A stretch of DNA of 63,740 nt, the filler included. It is 5 parts of 5 records of this genome, joined end to end, with 100 filler letters (N's around TTAATTAATTAA, not from the genome) between each part and the next. Parts side by side here need not be neighbours in the genome. Positions count along the whole stretch, not along the records: positions 1 to 28,986 come from DRR723986_7153; 4 more parts are not named here. One strand, written 5' to 3'. The translations under genes and the position numbers were made by a program. Below are positions 18,927-28,951 of this stretch, in pieces. Position 1 is the first letter of the stretch; each line of letters opens with the position of its first letter. The notes beneath the pieces were generated by a model. The model had not been told where the DNA came from. It did no database searches and worked only from the letters and a program-made list of their open reading frames with translations.

Positions 18927-19403
18927 TTACTCTGAAACACCCATCATGGATTGCTCATAATTCTGCAAACCCACCCTGTCAATCAGGCTCAGCTGGGTTT
19001 CCAGCCAATCGATGTGTTCTTCGGTGTCTTCCAGAATTTCTTTCAGAATGTCGCGAGAAACATAATCGCGCTCGTCTTCCGACGCCTTGATGCCATCCTT
19101 AATCGTCACTTGGGCTGCGCTTTCCATTTTCAGGTCGCTTTCCAGAATCTCGCGTGTATTTTCGCCAATCATCAACTTGCCCAGGTCTTGCAGATTGGGC
19201 AGACCATCCAGCATCAGCACGCGTTCAATCAGCAAATCAGCGTGCTTCATTTCACCGATGGATTCCTCATATTCTTTCTTCTTCAATACATCCAGGCCCC
19301 AATTGCCGAAAATGCGCGAATGCAGGAAATACTGGTTAATCGCAGTCAATTCATTCTTCAATTGCGCATTCAGTGCCGCAATCACCTTGCTTGAACCTTT
19401 CAT
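18927..19403 (-). CDS. bfr: Bacterioferritin
   Basis: MKG...ELTAINQYFLH, ESIGEMKHAD (heme Met), EEHIDWLE; 158 aa. Confidence 0.97.
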   Translation of the reverse strand: MKGSSKVIAALNAQLKNELTAINQYFLHSRIFGNWGLDVLKKKEYEESIGEMKHADLLIERVLMLDGLPNLQDLGKLMIGENTREILESDLKMESAAQVTIKDGIKASEDERDYVSRDILKEILEDTEEHIDWLETQLSLIDRVGLQNYEQSMMGVSE

Positions 19404-19503
19404 TGTTCTTCTCCCTTGCATTCAAAAATCAACTCAATCCACAGTGTACAACGCGGGCCAAGGGGGCCGAAACCCTTTTCTGGTGCGCTTCTTAAAAAAG
19501 TAC

Positions 19504-19545
19504 TTGCCAAAATCGAAAAGCCAAATAATAATGAGAACACTTCTC
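19504..19545 (+). promoter_or_regulatory. Sigma70-like promoter overlapped by a Fur box
   Basis: TTGCCA-N17-AATAAT; Fur box AATAATGAGAACACTTCTC at 19527-19545 (13/19). Confidence 0.7.
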
Positions 19546-19707
19546 GTTTCTATCTTTCCGAGTGAGATTGCCGTGGGCCTACCGATCAATCTCCTTCTTC
19601 GCAACAGTTGGCATCCTCACCGGTAGGCCTTCCTCGCTCAGAAAGACCCTACCGCACCAGCCAGCCGCCGCAAGCCAGTGCATCTTTTATTTCAAAGGTT
19701 TGCTGTC

Positions 19708-21903
19708 ATGAAAAAACGCGCGCTGGCCGTGGCGATTGGCGCAGCTGTAGGTTGTCACCCGGCTGCATGGTCACAAAGTACTCAACAAAATGAGGCGGCT
19801 ACACTTCAAGAAGTACAGGTCACCGGGTTTGAGCGGGTTTACAAAGAACCGACCACCAACACAGCCTTGGGCTTCGAAGCGGACCCGATGAGCACACCGC
19901 TGACCACCATCAGCATTCCCATCGACATTCTGGAAGACCAGCAAGTTAACAACGTTGAAGATGCATTGCGCAACGTGGCTGGTGTCACCAAATTCAAACA
20001 GGGCAATGGTGGCGAGGAAAAATTCTCGATTCGCGGTTTCGATGCATCGCAGTCGCTTTACAAAGACGGTGCACGCATCAACAACGTGTTCAATGCCACC
20101 AACATTGCCACCACTGAAACCGCCAATATTGAGCGCTACGACATTTTGAAAGGCCCTGCGTCAATTTTGTATGGTCAGGGCGAACCAGGCGGTGTCATCA
20201 ACTATGTCACCAAAAAACCAAAGTTCACCGAGTACAGGGCGGCCGAGGTGATTGCCGGCAGCGACGACTATTACCGCGTAGAAGCCGATTTCACCGGGCC
20301 ACTGAGCGATACGTTTGCATACCGATTGATTCTGTCGTCTGAGGACAGTGGTAGTCACCGTGACTTCACCTTCCGGGATCGTCAGCTCGTGGCGCCCTCG
20401 TTGACCTGGAAGCTGAGTCCTCAAACACTGGTCACTGCGCAATACGAATACATCACCGACACCTACACCCAAGACCGTGGTCAGGTGCTCGATGGCAACA
20501 ATGCCACCGGCTATTCCTACAGCGGTCGCCTGAACGGCACCCAGTTCTACGGCATTCCTGGCTGGAACGAAAACACCGAAAGCGACTACAATCGATTCGC
20601 CTTGCTGGCCGAACACTTCTTTGACAATGGCTCGTCGGTCACTGCCAACTATTCACGAACCCGCGTCGACAAAACCCTGTTTGACTCCAGCCCGAGAGCA
20701 CTTGGCCCCAATATGCAAGTGGTTGCAGACAATGGCGATGTGGCCATTCGTGCCTCGCAACAGGGTGGCCAAGGCGAAAGCGACAGCATGGTGCTGAAGT
20801 ATCAGTGGCAACTCGATGGCGGCACATTGTTTGGGCAAAACATCGGTCACAAGTTCCTGTTACAAGGTGACTATGAACGCATTGTGAACAACACGATTTC
20901 TGCGTCGGGCACCCAAATCACATACAACGTCAATACCGGGCAATACAGCGGCATTCCTCCCGGCGGAGTGGTGGTGGGTCCGTTTACCCAAGGCGGAAGC
21001 AGCGCGCGCCAGCAAGGTTTGGTGATTCAAGACCTGATTTCAATTGGCGAGAAATGGAATGTGCTGGCGGGCTTGCGCAGCACTCAATTTGAAGATCGCC
21101 AAGCCAATGTGGACAGCGACGATGTATCCCCCCGATTCGGGCTGGTGTACAAGGCTACCGACACCTTGTCGTATTACGGTAGTTGGGCCAAAGGTTTTAC
21201 CCCCACTACCGCCACCGGCTTTAACCCTGCAACAGGCAACGGTATCGGCGGTGCACCGCTGGACCCGGAACGCACTGAGCAGTATGAACTGGGTATCAAA
21301 AAACAGTTGTTGAACAAGCAACTGGACATCACCGCTGCAATTTTTGATTTGCGCAAGTCCGATGTGGCGGTCACTGACCCGGCCTCATCTGGTTTGCCCG
21401 CAAATGAGCAATGGTCGACCAATCTTGGAGAAACACAAACGCTGGGCTTCGACATTCAAGCCATTGGCAAAGTGAATGACTCTTTCCGCGTGGTGGCTGG
21501 CTATGCCTATCTGGACAACCAACTCGTGGCGGTTGATCCTTCTTTGGCTGGCCAGGAAGGCAATGCCCTGCCCGGTATTCCTGAACATTCTGGTAATTTG
21601 TTTGGCGTTTATGAAGTGCAGCGCGGCCAATACAAGGGATTGGGCCTGGGGCTTGGCGTGTTTGCTCAAACCGGTTCGTTTGTATCTACAGAAAACCGGG
21701 CCAAATACGATGGCTGGGCCCAACTGGATGCCCTAGCCTATTACAAGGCAGACGGTTGGAAAGTGCAATTGAATTTGAAAAACATCACGGATGAAGAATA
21801 CAACTATGCGCAAGCTGGTACCACCACCGATTCATTCGGTGCAGTGCGTGTGGGTACCAGCACGCCGAGAACAGTCAATGTGAGCTTGTCGGTCGAATTC
21901 TAA
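19708..21903 (+). CDS. TonB-dependent siderophore-type receptor
   Basis: MKKRALAVAI signal; ERYDILKGPASILYGQGEPGGVIN; C-terminal F. Confidence 0.95.
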   Translation: MKKRALAVAIGAAVGCHPAAWSQSTQQNEAATLQEVQVTGFERVYKEPTTNTALGFEADPMSTPLTTISIPIDILEDQQVNNVEDALRNVAGVTKFKQGNGGEEKFSIRGFDASQSLYKDGARINNVFNATNIATTETANIERYDILKGPASILYGQGEPGGVINYVTKKPKFTEYRAAEVIAGSDDYYRVEADFTGPLSDTFAYRLILSSEDSGSHRDFTFRDRQLVAPSLTWKLSPQTLVTAQYEYITDTYTQDRGQVLDGNNATGYSYSGRLNGTQFYGIPGWNENTESDYNRFALLAEHFFDNGSSVTANYSRTRVDKTLFDSSPRALGPNMQVVADNGDVAIRASQQGGQGESDSMVLKYQWQLDGGTLFGQNIGHKFLLQGDYERIVNNTISASGTQITYNVNTGQYSGIPPGGVVVGPFTQGGSSARQQGLVIQDLISIGEKWNVLAGLRSTQFEDRQANVDSDDVSPRFGLVYKATDTLSYYGSWAKGFTPTTATGFNPATGNGIGGAPLDPERTEQYELGIKKQLLNKQLDITAAIFDLRKSDVAVTDPASSGLPANEQWSTNLGETQTLGFDIQAIGKVNDSFRVVAGYAYLDNQLVAVDPSLAGQEGNALPGIPEHSGNLFGVYEVQRGQYKGLGLGLGVFAQTGSFVSTENRAKYDGWAQLDALAYYKADGWKVQLNLKNITDEEYNYAQAGTTTDSFGAVRVGTSTPRTVNVSLSVEF

Positions 21904-21929
21904 TCGCCAAGATCTGCTACACTCTTTTT

Positions 21930-21948
21930 GATATTAATTCTCATTCAC
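21930..21948. promoter_or_regulatory. Fur box upstream of tonB
   Basis: GATATTAATTCTCATTCAC, 13/19 match. Confidence 0.75.
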
Positions 21949-22016
21949 AAATTGGAGTGCATGAAAATTGCTTGCTGATTGAATAGTCAGCAAGCAAGAT
22001 CGAAGCAATTGACTCA

Positions 22017-22730
22017 ATGAACACAACGTTGAACACCATGTCCGTTCCAATGAGTGCTCTACAGGGCAACAACACTCAAACAATCAGCAATGCCGTCACC
22101 TTCGCCGGTGTGGTGTTGTTGCACGTGCTGGGTTTGGTTTGGGCCGCGCAACAACTCAGCGTCAGTGAGCCTGTTGTTACGCCACCCAGCGTAGTGGGTG
22201 TATTGGTAGCGCCTGAACCTGAACCCGCCCCGCCACCGCCCAAGCCAGTGCCGCCGCCCAAGCCGGAACCAAAACCCGTACCCACACCAAAGCCTGTGGC
22301 CAAACCGACGCCCAAGCCAACACCAAAGCCCGAGCCTGTGCGTGAAGTGGCGCAGGAACCGGTACAGCAAGCGGCCCCAACTCCACCTGCGCCGCCATCT
22401 GCGCCTGTTCAACAGGCCACGCCAGCACCCGAGGCGCCAGCACCTGTAACGCCGCCACGCACGGACGCCGCGCACCTGAACAACCCGGCGCCGCAATACC
22501 CGGCACTGTCACGCCGATTGGGCGAGCAAGGGCGGGTGATGCTGGATGTGTACATTCTCCCTGACGGTAGTGTGGGTGAAATCAAGCTGAACCGGTCAAG
22601 CGGATTTCCGCGACTGGACAATGCAGCCCTTCAGGCTGTGAAAACCTGGAAGTACGTGCCCGCGAAACGAGGCGACAAGCCAATTCCGTTTTGGTATGTG
22701 CAACCGGTTTCTTTTGTATTGAATAACTGA
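22017..22730 (+). CDS. tonB: Energy transducer TonB
   Basis: TM with conserved His; Pro/Lys-rich spacer; YPALSRRLGEQG and SSGFPRLDNAA. Confidence 0.95.
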   Translation: MNTTLNTMSVPMSALQGNNTQTISNAVTFAGVVLLHVLGLVWAAQQLSVSEPVVTPPSVVGVLVAPEPEPAPPPPKPVPPPKPEPKPVPTPKPVAKPTPKPTPKPEPVREVAQEPVQQAAPTPPAPPSAPVQQATPAPEAPAPVTPPRTDAAHLNNPAPQYPALSRRLGEQGRVMLDVYILPDGSVGEIKLNRSSGFPRLDNAALQAVKTWKYVPAKRGDKPIPFWYVQPVSFVLNN

Positions 22731-22760
22731 GAACATTGAATTTAAGCGAGGTTTATTGAA

Positions 22761-23480
22761 ATGGAAAACAACCCTTACGGTATGGCCGCCATGTGGGCCC
22801 AAGGTGACTGGGTCATCAAAAGCGTGGCACTGCTGCTGTTGATCATGTCGATTGCGTCCTGGTACGTCATCATCACCCGCAGCATTCGCCTGTATCGCCT
22901 GCGTAAAAATGTTGGCGCAGTCGACAAGTTCTGGCACACCCACAGCTTTGCCGAAGGTCTTCAGGTGCTGGGCAAAGACACCGGCAACCCGTTTCACCAC
23001 ATGGCGATCGAGGGCCAGGCGGCTGTGAACCACCACAGCACGAACAAAGACGACCTGCACGGGCAAATCAGCCTGGCCGACTGGCTCAGCGAAGCGCTGC
23101 GCGGCGCCATGGATGAAGCCGCTGAAAAGCTGCAGTCTGGTCTGTCCATTTTGGCTTCCGTGGGTTCTACAGCCCCGTTTGTTGGCCTGTTCGGTACGGT
23201 GTGGGGCATTTACCATGCGCTGGTGGGCATTGGTGTTTCAGGCCAGGCCAGTATCGACAAAGTCGCAGGCCCGGTGGGCGAGGCCCTGATCATGACTGCA
23301 TTCGGCCTTGCCGTGGCCATTCCAGCGGTGCTGGGCTACAACGCACTGACCCGGGCCAACAAAGGCTTGCTGAGCAAGTTGAACCGATTTGCGCGCCAGT
23401 TGCATGCCTACTTCCTGACCGGGTCCCCCATGCAAAAAGACTCTGCCGTACGCACCATGCCCTTGAAAAAGGAGGCGTAA
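22761..23480 (+). CDS. exbB: ExbB (MotA/TolQ/ExbB)
   Basis: STAPFVGLFGTVWGI; EALIMTAFGLAVAIPAV. Confidence 0.93.
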   Translation: MENNPYGMAAMWAQGDWVIKSVALLLLIMSIASWYVIITRSIRLYRLRKNVGAVDKFWHTHSFAEGLQVLGKDTGNPFHHMAIEGQAAVNHHSTNKDDLHGQISLADWLSEALRGAMDEAAEKLQSGLSILASVGSTAPFVGLFGTVWGIYHALVGIGVSGQASIDKVAGPVGEALIMTAFGLAVAIPAVLGYNALTRANKGLLSKLNRFARQLHAYFLTGSPMQKDSAVRTMPLKKEA

Positions 23481-23483
23481 GCC

Positions 23484-23897
23484 ATGTCGTTCAATTCTTA
23501 CGACGATCAGCAGGAAATGAGCGAGATCAACATGACGCCGCTGGTGGACGTGATGTTGGTGTTGCTGATTATTTTCATCATCACCGTGCCGGTGATCACG
23601 CACTCTGTCAAAGTTGATTTACCGCAAGCCAGCCAGCAACCCACCGAGGTCAAACCCGACGTGGTTACACTCACCGTGCAACGGGATGGCAGCCTGATGT
23701 GGAACGATGAAACACTGACCTTTGAAAATCTGGAGCTTCGCTTGCAGGCTGTGGCGCAGCAAGAGAAACAGCCCGAGTTGCGCATTCAGGGCGACAAAGC
23801 GGTGGAGTACGAGAAAGTGGTGCAAGTCATGGCCGCTGCACAACGTGCAGGCGTCGAGAAACTGGGCTTCATGACTGAACCCCAAAGCACACCCTGA
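23484..23897 (+). CDS. exbD: ExbD
   Basis: EINMTPLVDVMLVLLIIF. Confidence 0.95.
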   Translation: MSFNSYDDQQEMSEINMTPLVDVMLVLLIIFIITVPVITHSVKVDLPQASQQPTEVKPDVVTLTVQRDGSLMWNDETLTFENLELRLQAVAQQEKQPELRIQGDKAVEYEKVVQVMAAAQRAGVEKLGFMTEPQSTP

Positions 23898-23948
23898 TTC
23901 AAATTTGTGGGCAGAGTAAACACACTTTCTTGAAGTCATGCGAAACTG

Positions 23949-23980
23949 GGCGTTGAAGCGATTATTCAACGCCTTTTTTT
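23949..23980 (+). terminator. Intrinsic terminator after exbD
   Basis: GGCGTTGAA/TTCAACGCC stem followed by T7. Confidence 0.8.
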
Positions 23981-23992
23981 ATTGCCATATTC

Positions 23993-25540
23993 ATGAACAC
24001 ATCCGCTTTCAATCCTGGTTTTCTCTCCCGCAGTGTCGGGCCTGTTCACATCAATCTGGATCGGCAGCTTTACAGCGCCAGCCATGTGTTGAACTTTGAA
24101 AAAACTCAGGCACATCAACATTTGTCCACCTTCATTCACCGCATGTTCAGCGGCGAAGTGGTCAATGGCACAGAACACCGACCAGCGGGCCATTGGGCCT
24201 TGCGAGCAGCCTGTAACATGCAGGCCTATCATTCACCAATTTCTTTGGTGGTGAATGGTCGAGACGAGTTGGCGCTGACCAGGCAAGTACAACAACACAT
24301 GGAAAGCTTTGTCGACCAGGTGCGCTCAGGCCGTTACACCACGCCCGACGGTGAACGCTACGACAGCGTGCTGCATCTGGGCATCGGTGGCTCGGACCTC
24401 GGCCCCCGGCTGTTGAATGACGTGTTCAGCAAACTGGATCTGGGTGAAGCACCCGCAATGAACATTCGGTTTGCCGCGAATGTGGACTTTCATGAAATGA
24501 AAGCCGCGCTGGCCTCATTGAACCCGAAAACCACTTTGGTCGTGATTGCCAGCAAATCGTTTTCAACCCGTGAAACCTTGCACAACGCACAGCATATTTT
24601 CAAGTGGCTGGATGCTGCGGGGCCAGCGTACCGCCCCAAGGCGCTGGTGGCTGCAACCTGCAAACCCAACAAAGCCATCGAGTTGGGCGTGGCAGCGGAC
24701 CGGGTGTTTGAATTCAGTGAAACTGTGGGCGGTAGATATTCACTGTGGGGACCCGTATCCATTGGTGTGCGCATGGTGCACGGCAACCCGGTGTTCAATG
24801 AACTGCTTGAAGGCGCCGCCTTGATGGACGGCCACGTATTGCAAAACAAAGCCAGCCAGTGTATTCCCACACTTCTTGCGTTAAGCGACCTGTACAACCT
24901 GGAACACGGTGCCGCCTCGCTGATGTTAAGCCCTTACGATTCCCGCTTGAGCCAGCTGGTGCCCTACCTGCAACAACTTTGGATGGAATCGCTGGGCAAA
25001 GGTGTGAACAACCAAGGCGAGTTGCTCGGCAAACCCGCCTGCCCGATTTTGTGGGGCGATGTGGGCACCAATGGGCAACATGCTTTTTTCCAGATGCTGC
25101 ACCAAAGCAAAATTGCCAGTTCGGTTGAATTGATCGCCGTGGTGCAACCCGATCATGATGAAATCCAGTCGCACCAAGTGTTGCTCTCGCATGCCTTGGC
25201 GCAGTCTGAAGCGTTCTCGGTGGGCCGCTTGAACTCACCCGAGGAGCTCAACAACACCGCCACCAATTTCAAATCCTGCCCAGGACACCGTCCAGTTCAA
25301 ATGGTGTTTCTCGATTCGCTAACCCCCTACTCACTTGGCGCAATGTTGTGTATGTGGGAACACCGCACCGCAGCGCTGGCTGCCATGCAGAACATCAATC
25401 CATTTGATCAATGGGGGGTTGAATTGGGCAAAGGCATTGCAGAGCAACTGGAACAGAGCGTACCACCTGGCCACGCCCCTGCAGAGAACCCGGTAACAGC
25501 GCACCTGATCAACCATTTCCTGAAGAATTCAGCGCAATGA
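23993..25540 (+). CDS. pgi: Glucose-6-phosphate isomerase
   Basis: GIGGSDLGP, SKSFSTRET, GGRYSLW, QQLWMESLGK, NPFDQWGVELGK. Confidence 0.95.
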   Translation: MNTSAFNPGFLSRSVGPVHINLDRQLYSASHVLNFEKTQAHQHLSTFIHRMFSGEVVNGTEHRPAGHWALRAACNMQAYHSPISLVVNGRDELALTRQVQQHMESFVDQVRSGRYTTPDGERYDSVLHLGIGGSDLGPRLLNDVFSKLDLGEAPAMNIRFAANVDFHEMKAALASLNPKTTLVVIASKSFSTRETLHNAQHIFKWLDAAGPAYRPKALVAATCKPNKAIELGVAADRVFEFSETVGGRYSLWGPVSIGVRMVHGNPVFNELLEGAALMDGHVLQNKASQCIPTLLALSDLYNLEHGAASLMLSPYDSRLSQLVPYLQQLWMESLGKGVNNQGELLGKPACPILWGDVGTNGQHAFFQMLHQSKIASSVELIAVVQPDHDEIQSHQVLLSHALAQSEAFSVGRLNSPEELNNTATNFKSCPGHRPVQMVFLDSLTPYSLGAMLCMWEHRTAALAAMQNINPFDQWGVELGKGIAEQLEQSVPPGHAPAENPVTAHLINHFLKNSAQ

Positions 25541-26433
25541 TGGATTGGCAAGCCTTGCCACTGCCTGCCTGCAGCCTGGCCGAAAGCCCTCGGTATGCGC
25601 ATGGTGGCTGGACTTGGGTAGACATCAACACGCGTACCCTGTACCGCTTGAATCAAAGCGATGTGCTGAACACAGCGCTGGACAACACCGCGTTACTCAG
25701 TACCTTGCAACTGCCCGACGAAATAGGCTGCGTATTGCCCACTGCGAATAAGAACATTTGGGTTGGACTGGGCAGACAAGGCGGCTGGCTGATCGAGGGA
25801 GACAGCTGCACCCTGAAATTGGATGCTCCTTTCGATTCAAGCAAACATCGTTTCAACGATGGCCGCGCCGACCACGCGGGCCGAATCTGGATATCCACAC
25901 TGGTGGATGCCCGCAGCCCCGCCACTGCCGTCCTGTATTGCATTGAGGCAGGACAAGCCCAACCAAAGATAAACGATTTGATCGTGGGCAATGGCCTTGC
26001 CTTTTCGCCCCAAGGGGACTCGGTTTTCCTGAGCGACACACGGCACAAATGCATATGGCGATTTGATTATGCAGTCGAGACCGGAGAGTTGAGCAATCGG
26101 CAATTGATCAGGCAATACACAGAGGGCACTGCTCGACCGGATGGCGCTTGCTTTTCTGCCGATGGCAGCTACTGGGCTGCCATTCTGGAGGGTTACCGGC
26201 TGGACCGCTTTAGCGAGCGTGGCGAATACATTGAGAGCATCGAACTGCCCTTGGCCAAGCCCACCATGCCCTGCTTTGGCGGCGCACAGGGTAACGTGTT
26301 GCTGGTGTGCTCAGCCCAGGCTGATGAGAAGTTTCCGAACCTGCCGGGTTTCGAAAACACCAGCCTGATTGCCTGTGAAACAGGCTTTAAAGCCTTGCCA
26401 GAAAATTTCGCCAATCCGGCCTATTTGGTGTAA
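25537..26433 (+). CDS. SMP-30/gluconolactonase family protein
   Basis: LAESP, WVDI, RFNDG, NGLAFSP, PDGA motifs. Confidence 0.9.
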   Translation: MMDWQALPLPACSLAESPRYAHGGWTWVDINTRTLYRLNQSDVLNTALDNTALLSTLQLPDEIGCVLPTANKNIWVGLGRQGGWLIEGDSCTLKLDAPFDSSKHRFNDGRADHAGRIWISTLVDARSPATAVLYCIEAGQAQPKINDLIVGNGLAFSPQGDSVFLSDTRHKCIWRFDYAVETGELSNRQLIRQYTEGTARPDGACFSADGSYWAAILEGYRLDRFSERGEYIESIELPLAKPTMPCFGGAQGNVLLVCSAQADEKFPNLPGFENTSLIACETGFKALPENFANPAYLV

Positions 26434-27275
26434 CGGCTGTCGATCAGGTTTTTCTTCAAGCGAGCCATGTTCTTTTGCACTGAATCGCCCAGTTGCAAGG
26501 CCACTTGCGTGGCCAGCACATCCACCACACACAGGTGCAACAAACGCGACACCATGGGACTGTACTGCTCATAATACTCGCCGTGATCGGCTGGAATATG
26601 CACCTGTACCGCCTGTGCCAGTGGCGAACCCGACGCTGTGATGGCAATGGTGCTTGCACCCGCGGCACGTGCAATTTGTGTCGCATCCAGCAAATCCTGA
26701 CTGCGGCCTGAATTGGAAATGATGATGAGACAATCGGCTTTGTTTAACATAGACGCTGCCATAATCTGTAAATGCCCATCCGAGTAGGCATGTGCCGTGC
26801 AGCCCATCCTGAAAAACTTGTGCTCGGCATCCATCGCCACAAAACCTGAATTTCCCACACCGTAAAAAACCAGCCGACCCTTTCTTGCAATCGTTTTGGC
26901 AAGAAGCTGCGTGGCTATGTCAATCGGTTTGACCGGAACGGTATTGCGAAAGGTATTCAGGGTGTGTATGGCGTTGTCGAGTACCTTTTGAATCAAGGTT
27001 TCGCCGTTGTCACCGGCCTGCACGGATTGGTGGATGAAGGGCACGCCTGCATTCAGACTGGCAGCGAGTTTCAATTTGAAGTCACTTAGACCCTCATAAC
27101 CCAGGGAACGACAAAACCGAACCACCGATGGGCTACTGACACCCGCGCGTTTGGCCAACTCGGTCACTGGCATTTTTTGAAAACCACTGGGATCTTTCAA
27201 CACCAACTGCGCTACTGCCTGTTCAGCAGCAGAGAATTGGCCCAATTCCATTCGGATTCGGTCAAGTAAATTCAT
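26421..27275 (-). CDS. hexR: RpiR-family regulator HexR
   Basis: HTH VSSPSVVRFCRSLG plus SIS domain (GVGNS, DAEHKFFR, SNSGRS, PMVSRL). Confidence 0.85.
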   Translation of the reverse strand: MNLLDRIRMELGQFSAAEQAVAQLVLKDPSGFQKMPVTELAKRAGVSSPSVVRFCRSLGYEGLSDFKLKLAASLNAGVPFIHQSVQAGDNGETLIQKVLDNAIHTLNTFRNTVPVKPIDIATQLLAKTIARKGRLVFYGVGNSGFVAMDAEHKFFRMGCTAHAYSDGHLQIMAASMLNKADCLIIISNSGRSQDLLDATQIARAAGASTIAITASGSPLAQAVQVHIPADHGEYYEQYSPMVSRLLHLCVVDVLATQVALQLGDSVQKNMARLKKNLIDSRYTK

Positions 27276-27296
27276 GCACAAGCGGGGCAAACCCGA

Positions 27297-27311
27297 AGTA
27301 ATAAAATTACA
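27297..27311. promoter_or_regulatory. HexR operator-like palindrome upstream of hexR
   Basis: AGTAATAAAATTACA, close to the TGTAAT-N3-ATTACA HexR-type palindrome. Confidence 0.65.
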
Positions 27312-27316
27312 TTGTA

Positions 27317-28951
27317 CTAGCGAATCAAACCACGCGCCTTGAAGTATTGAACCAGCACGTTGGGCTCAAAAGGCTTGGAGTAAAAAGCATCAATACCAGC
27401 CGCCATGGCACGTGCATATTCAGCCAAACGCGAACCTGCAGTCACTGCCACAATCGGAATTTTTACGTATTCAACCATGTCCCGAATGTGGCGTGTTGCA
27501 CTGAACCCATCCATCACCGGCATGTGCAAGTCCATCAGTATCGCGGCAATTTCGACGTTCTTGTCTTGAAGCATTTCCACGGCCACCTGACCATTGCCTG
27601 CCACCACCACCTGGGCACCCAGTTTGCGAAGTCGAATGGCATTGATTTTCGCCACAGTGGGATCATCTTCCACCAGCAAAAGCCGCAGCTTGCTCAAAGG
27701 CAAATCATCACCGACCTGTTCGGCCGACAAGGCCTGCGCAGCGGCTCGCCCCATTAAATGAAGCGGCAATTCAAAACTGCTGACGGTGCCTTCACCCTGA
27801 CGGCTTTTCAATGAACACTGCCCACCCATCAACTCCAGATATTTGTGGGTCAGATAAAACCCCACTCCCATACCGCCACCGCCACGGGTACGGCGCACCG
27901 CCTGATTGGCAAACGGCTGACCTATCGATTGAATCAGTGAATCGGACATGCCGATTCCGTCATCGCTCACCTCAAAAAAAAGTTGAGCCTGGGGCTCCGC
28001 TTTGAAGGCAATATGCACTTTGATCTGATGTGCATCGGAAAACTTCATGGCGTTGTCGATCAGGCCGTGCATCATTCGCCCAATGCGCACTTTGTCGCCC
28101 AACACCAAAGGATCAAATTCGAATTCCTCACGGATTTGCAGCAAGTGAATTTGCCCCGGGTGCGCGCGTTGCACCAGTCGCAAGCGATCAAGCCACAGGG
28201 CACGCAGGTCAAACTCTTCCTCTTCCAGTTGCAGCTCACCCAGCATGCTGTCGGCATAATCCATCAACATTTTTACACTGCGCGTGACATCAATATTGGC
28301 TTTGTCCAGGTCTTGAAACAATTCAGCCTGATCCTCATCCAATTGCGTGGCCGACAGCTGGTTCAACATCTCCAGCGAGTTATTCAAAGGCGTACGCAAC
28401 TCGTGGCTGACCACGTTCAAAAAATGGTTCTGTTGCCTCACCACTTGCATCAATTCTTTGGTTTTGTGACGAAGGCGTTCATTGCCATGCTTGAGTTCAT
28501 TCAACAACCTGGCTTTGTCAGTCACATCCACAATAGCCAGAATTACAACTGGCCTTACCCCTTCCCTGTTGACATTCAGACCAATTTGAACGGAAATTTC
28601 ATGGCCCGCTTTGTGGTGGGCAGGGAAGTATTTTTGCCCGGTACCCTGCCCCATCATGCGGCCTCTTGAGGACTGCACGAATTCCTGAAACAGCCCGGCG
28701 TGGCCCGGCCTCAACTCGGGCGGCAGCAGCATTTCAAAAGGCTGATCCAGCAATTCAGCGACCGAGTATCCAAAGATATCGGCGCAATAGGAATTCATGG
28801 AGAGGATTCTCCCGGTGTGATCAACCTGCATCAGGCCAACAGGGCTGTGCTCCAACTCATCGGGAGTTATTTGTTCTGAGTTCAAGGGGAACGGATTCAC
28901 TGGATTTAACACCTCCAGTGTGCCCGATCCGGAAAAAAAAGAAGGGGGCAT
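27317..28951 (-). CDS. PAS-domain hybrid sensor histidine kinase with receiver domain (true start probably near 28912-28885)
   Basis: PAS; SHELRTPL H-box; DNAMKF; DDGIGM; receiver LLVEDD...MDLHMP...KP. Confidence 0.92.
   Translation of the reverse strand: MPPSFFSGSGTLEVLNPVNPFPLNSEQITPDELEHSPVGLMQVDHTGRILSMNSYCADIFGYSVAELLDQPFEMLLPPELRPGHAGLFQEFVQSSRGRMMGQGTGQKYFPAHHKAGHEISVQIGLNVNREGVRPVVILAIVDVTDKARLLNELKHGNERLRHKTKELMQVVRQQNHFLNVVSHELRTPLNNSLEMLNQLSATQLDEDQAELFQDLDKANIDVTRSVKMLMDYADSMLGELQLEEEEFDLRALWLDRLRLVQRAHPGQIHLLQIREEFEFDPLVLGDKVRIGRMMHGLIDNAMKFSDAHQIKVHIAFKAEPQAQLFFEVSDDGIGMSDSLIQSIGQPFANQAVRRTRGGGGMGVGFYLTHKYLELMGGQCSLKSRQGEGTVSSFELPLHLMGRAAAQALSAEQVGDDLPLSKLRLLLVEDDPTVAKINAIRLRKLGAQVVVAGNGQVAVEMLQDKNVEIAAILMDLHMPVMDGFSATRHIRDMVEYVKIPIVAVTAGSRLAEYARAMAAGIDAFYSKPFEPNVLVQYFKARGLIR

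Noticed and set aside
22216-22335. Tandem CCA/AAG-type repeats
   Set aside because: They encode the normal Pro/Lys spacer of TonB; the loose resemblance to CRISPR spacer 1 is low-complexity and on another organism's contig
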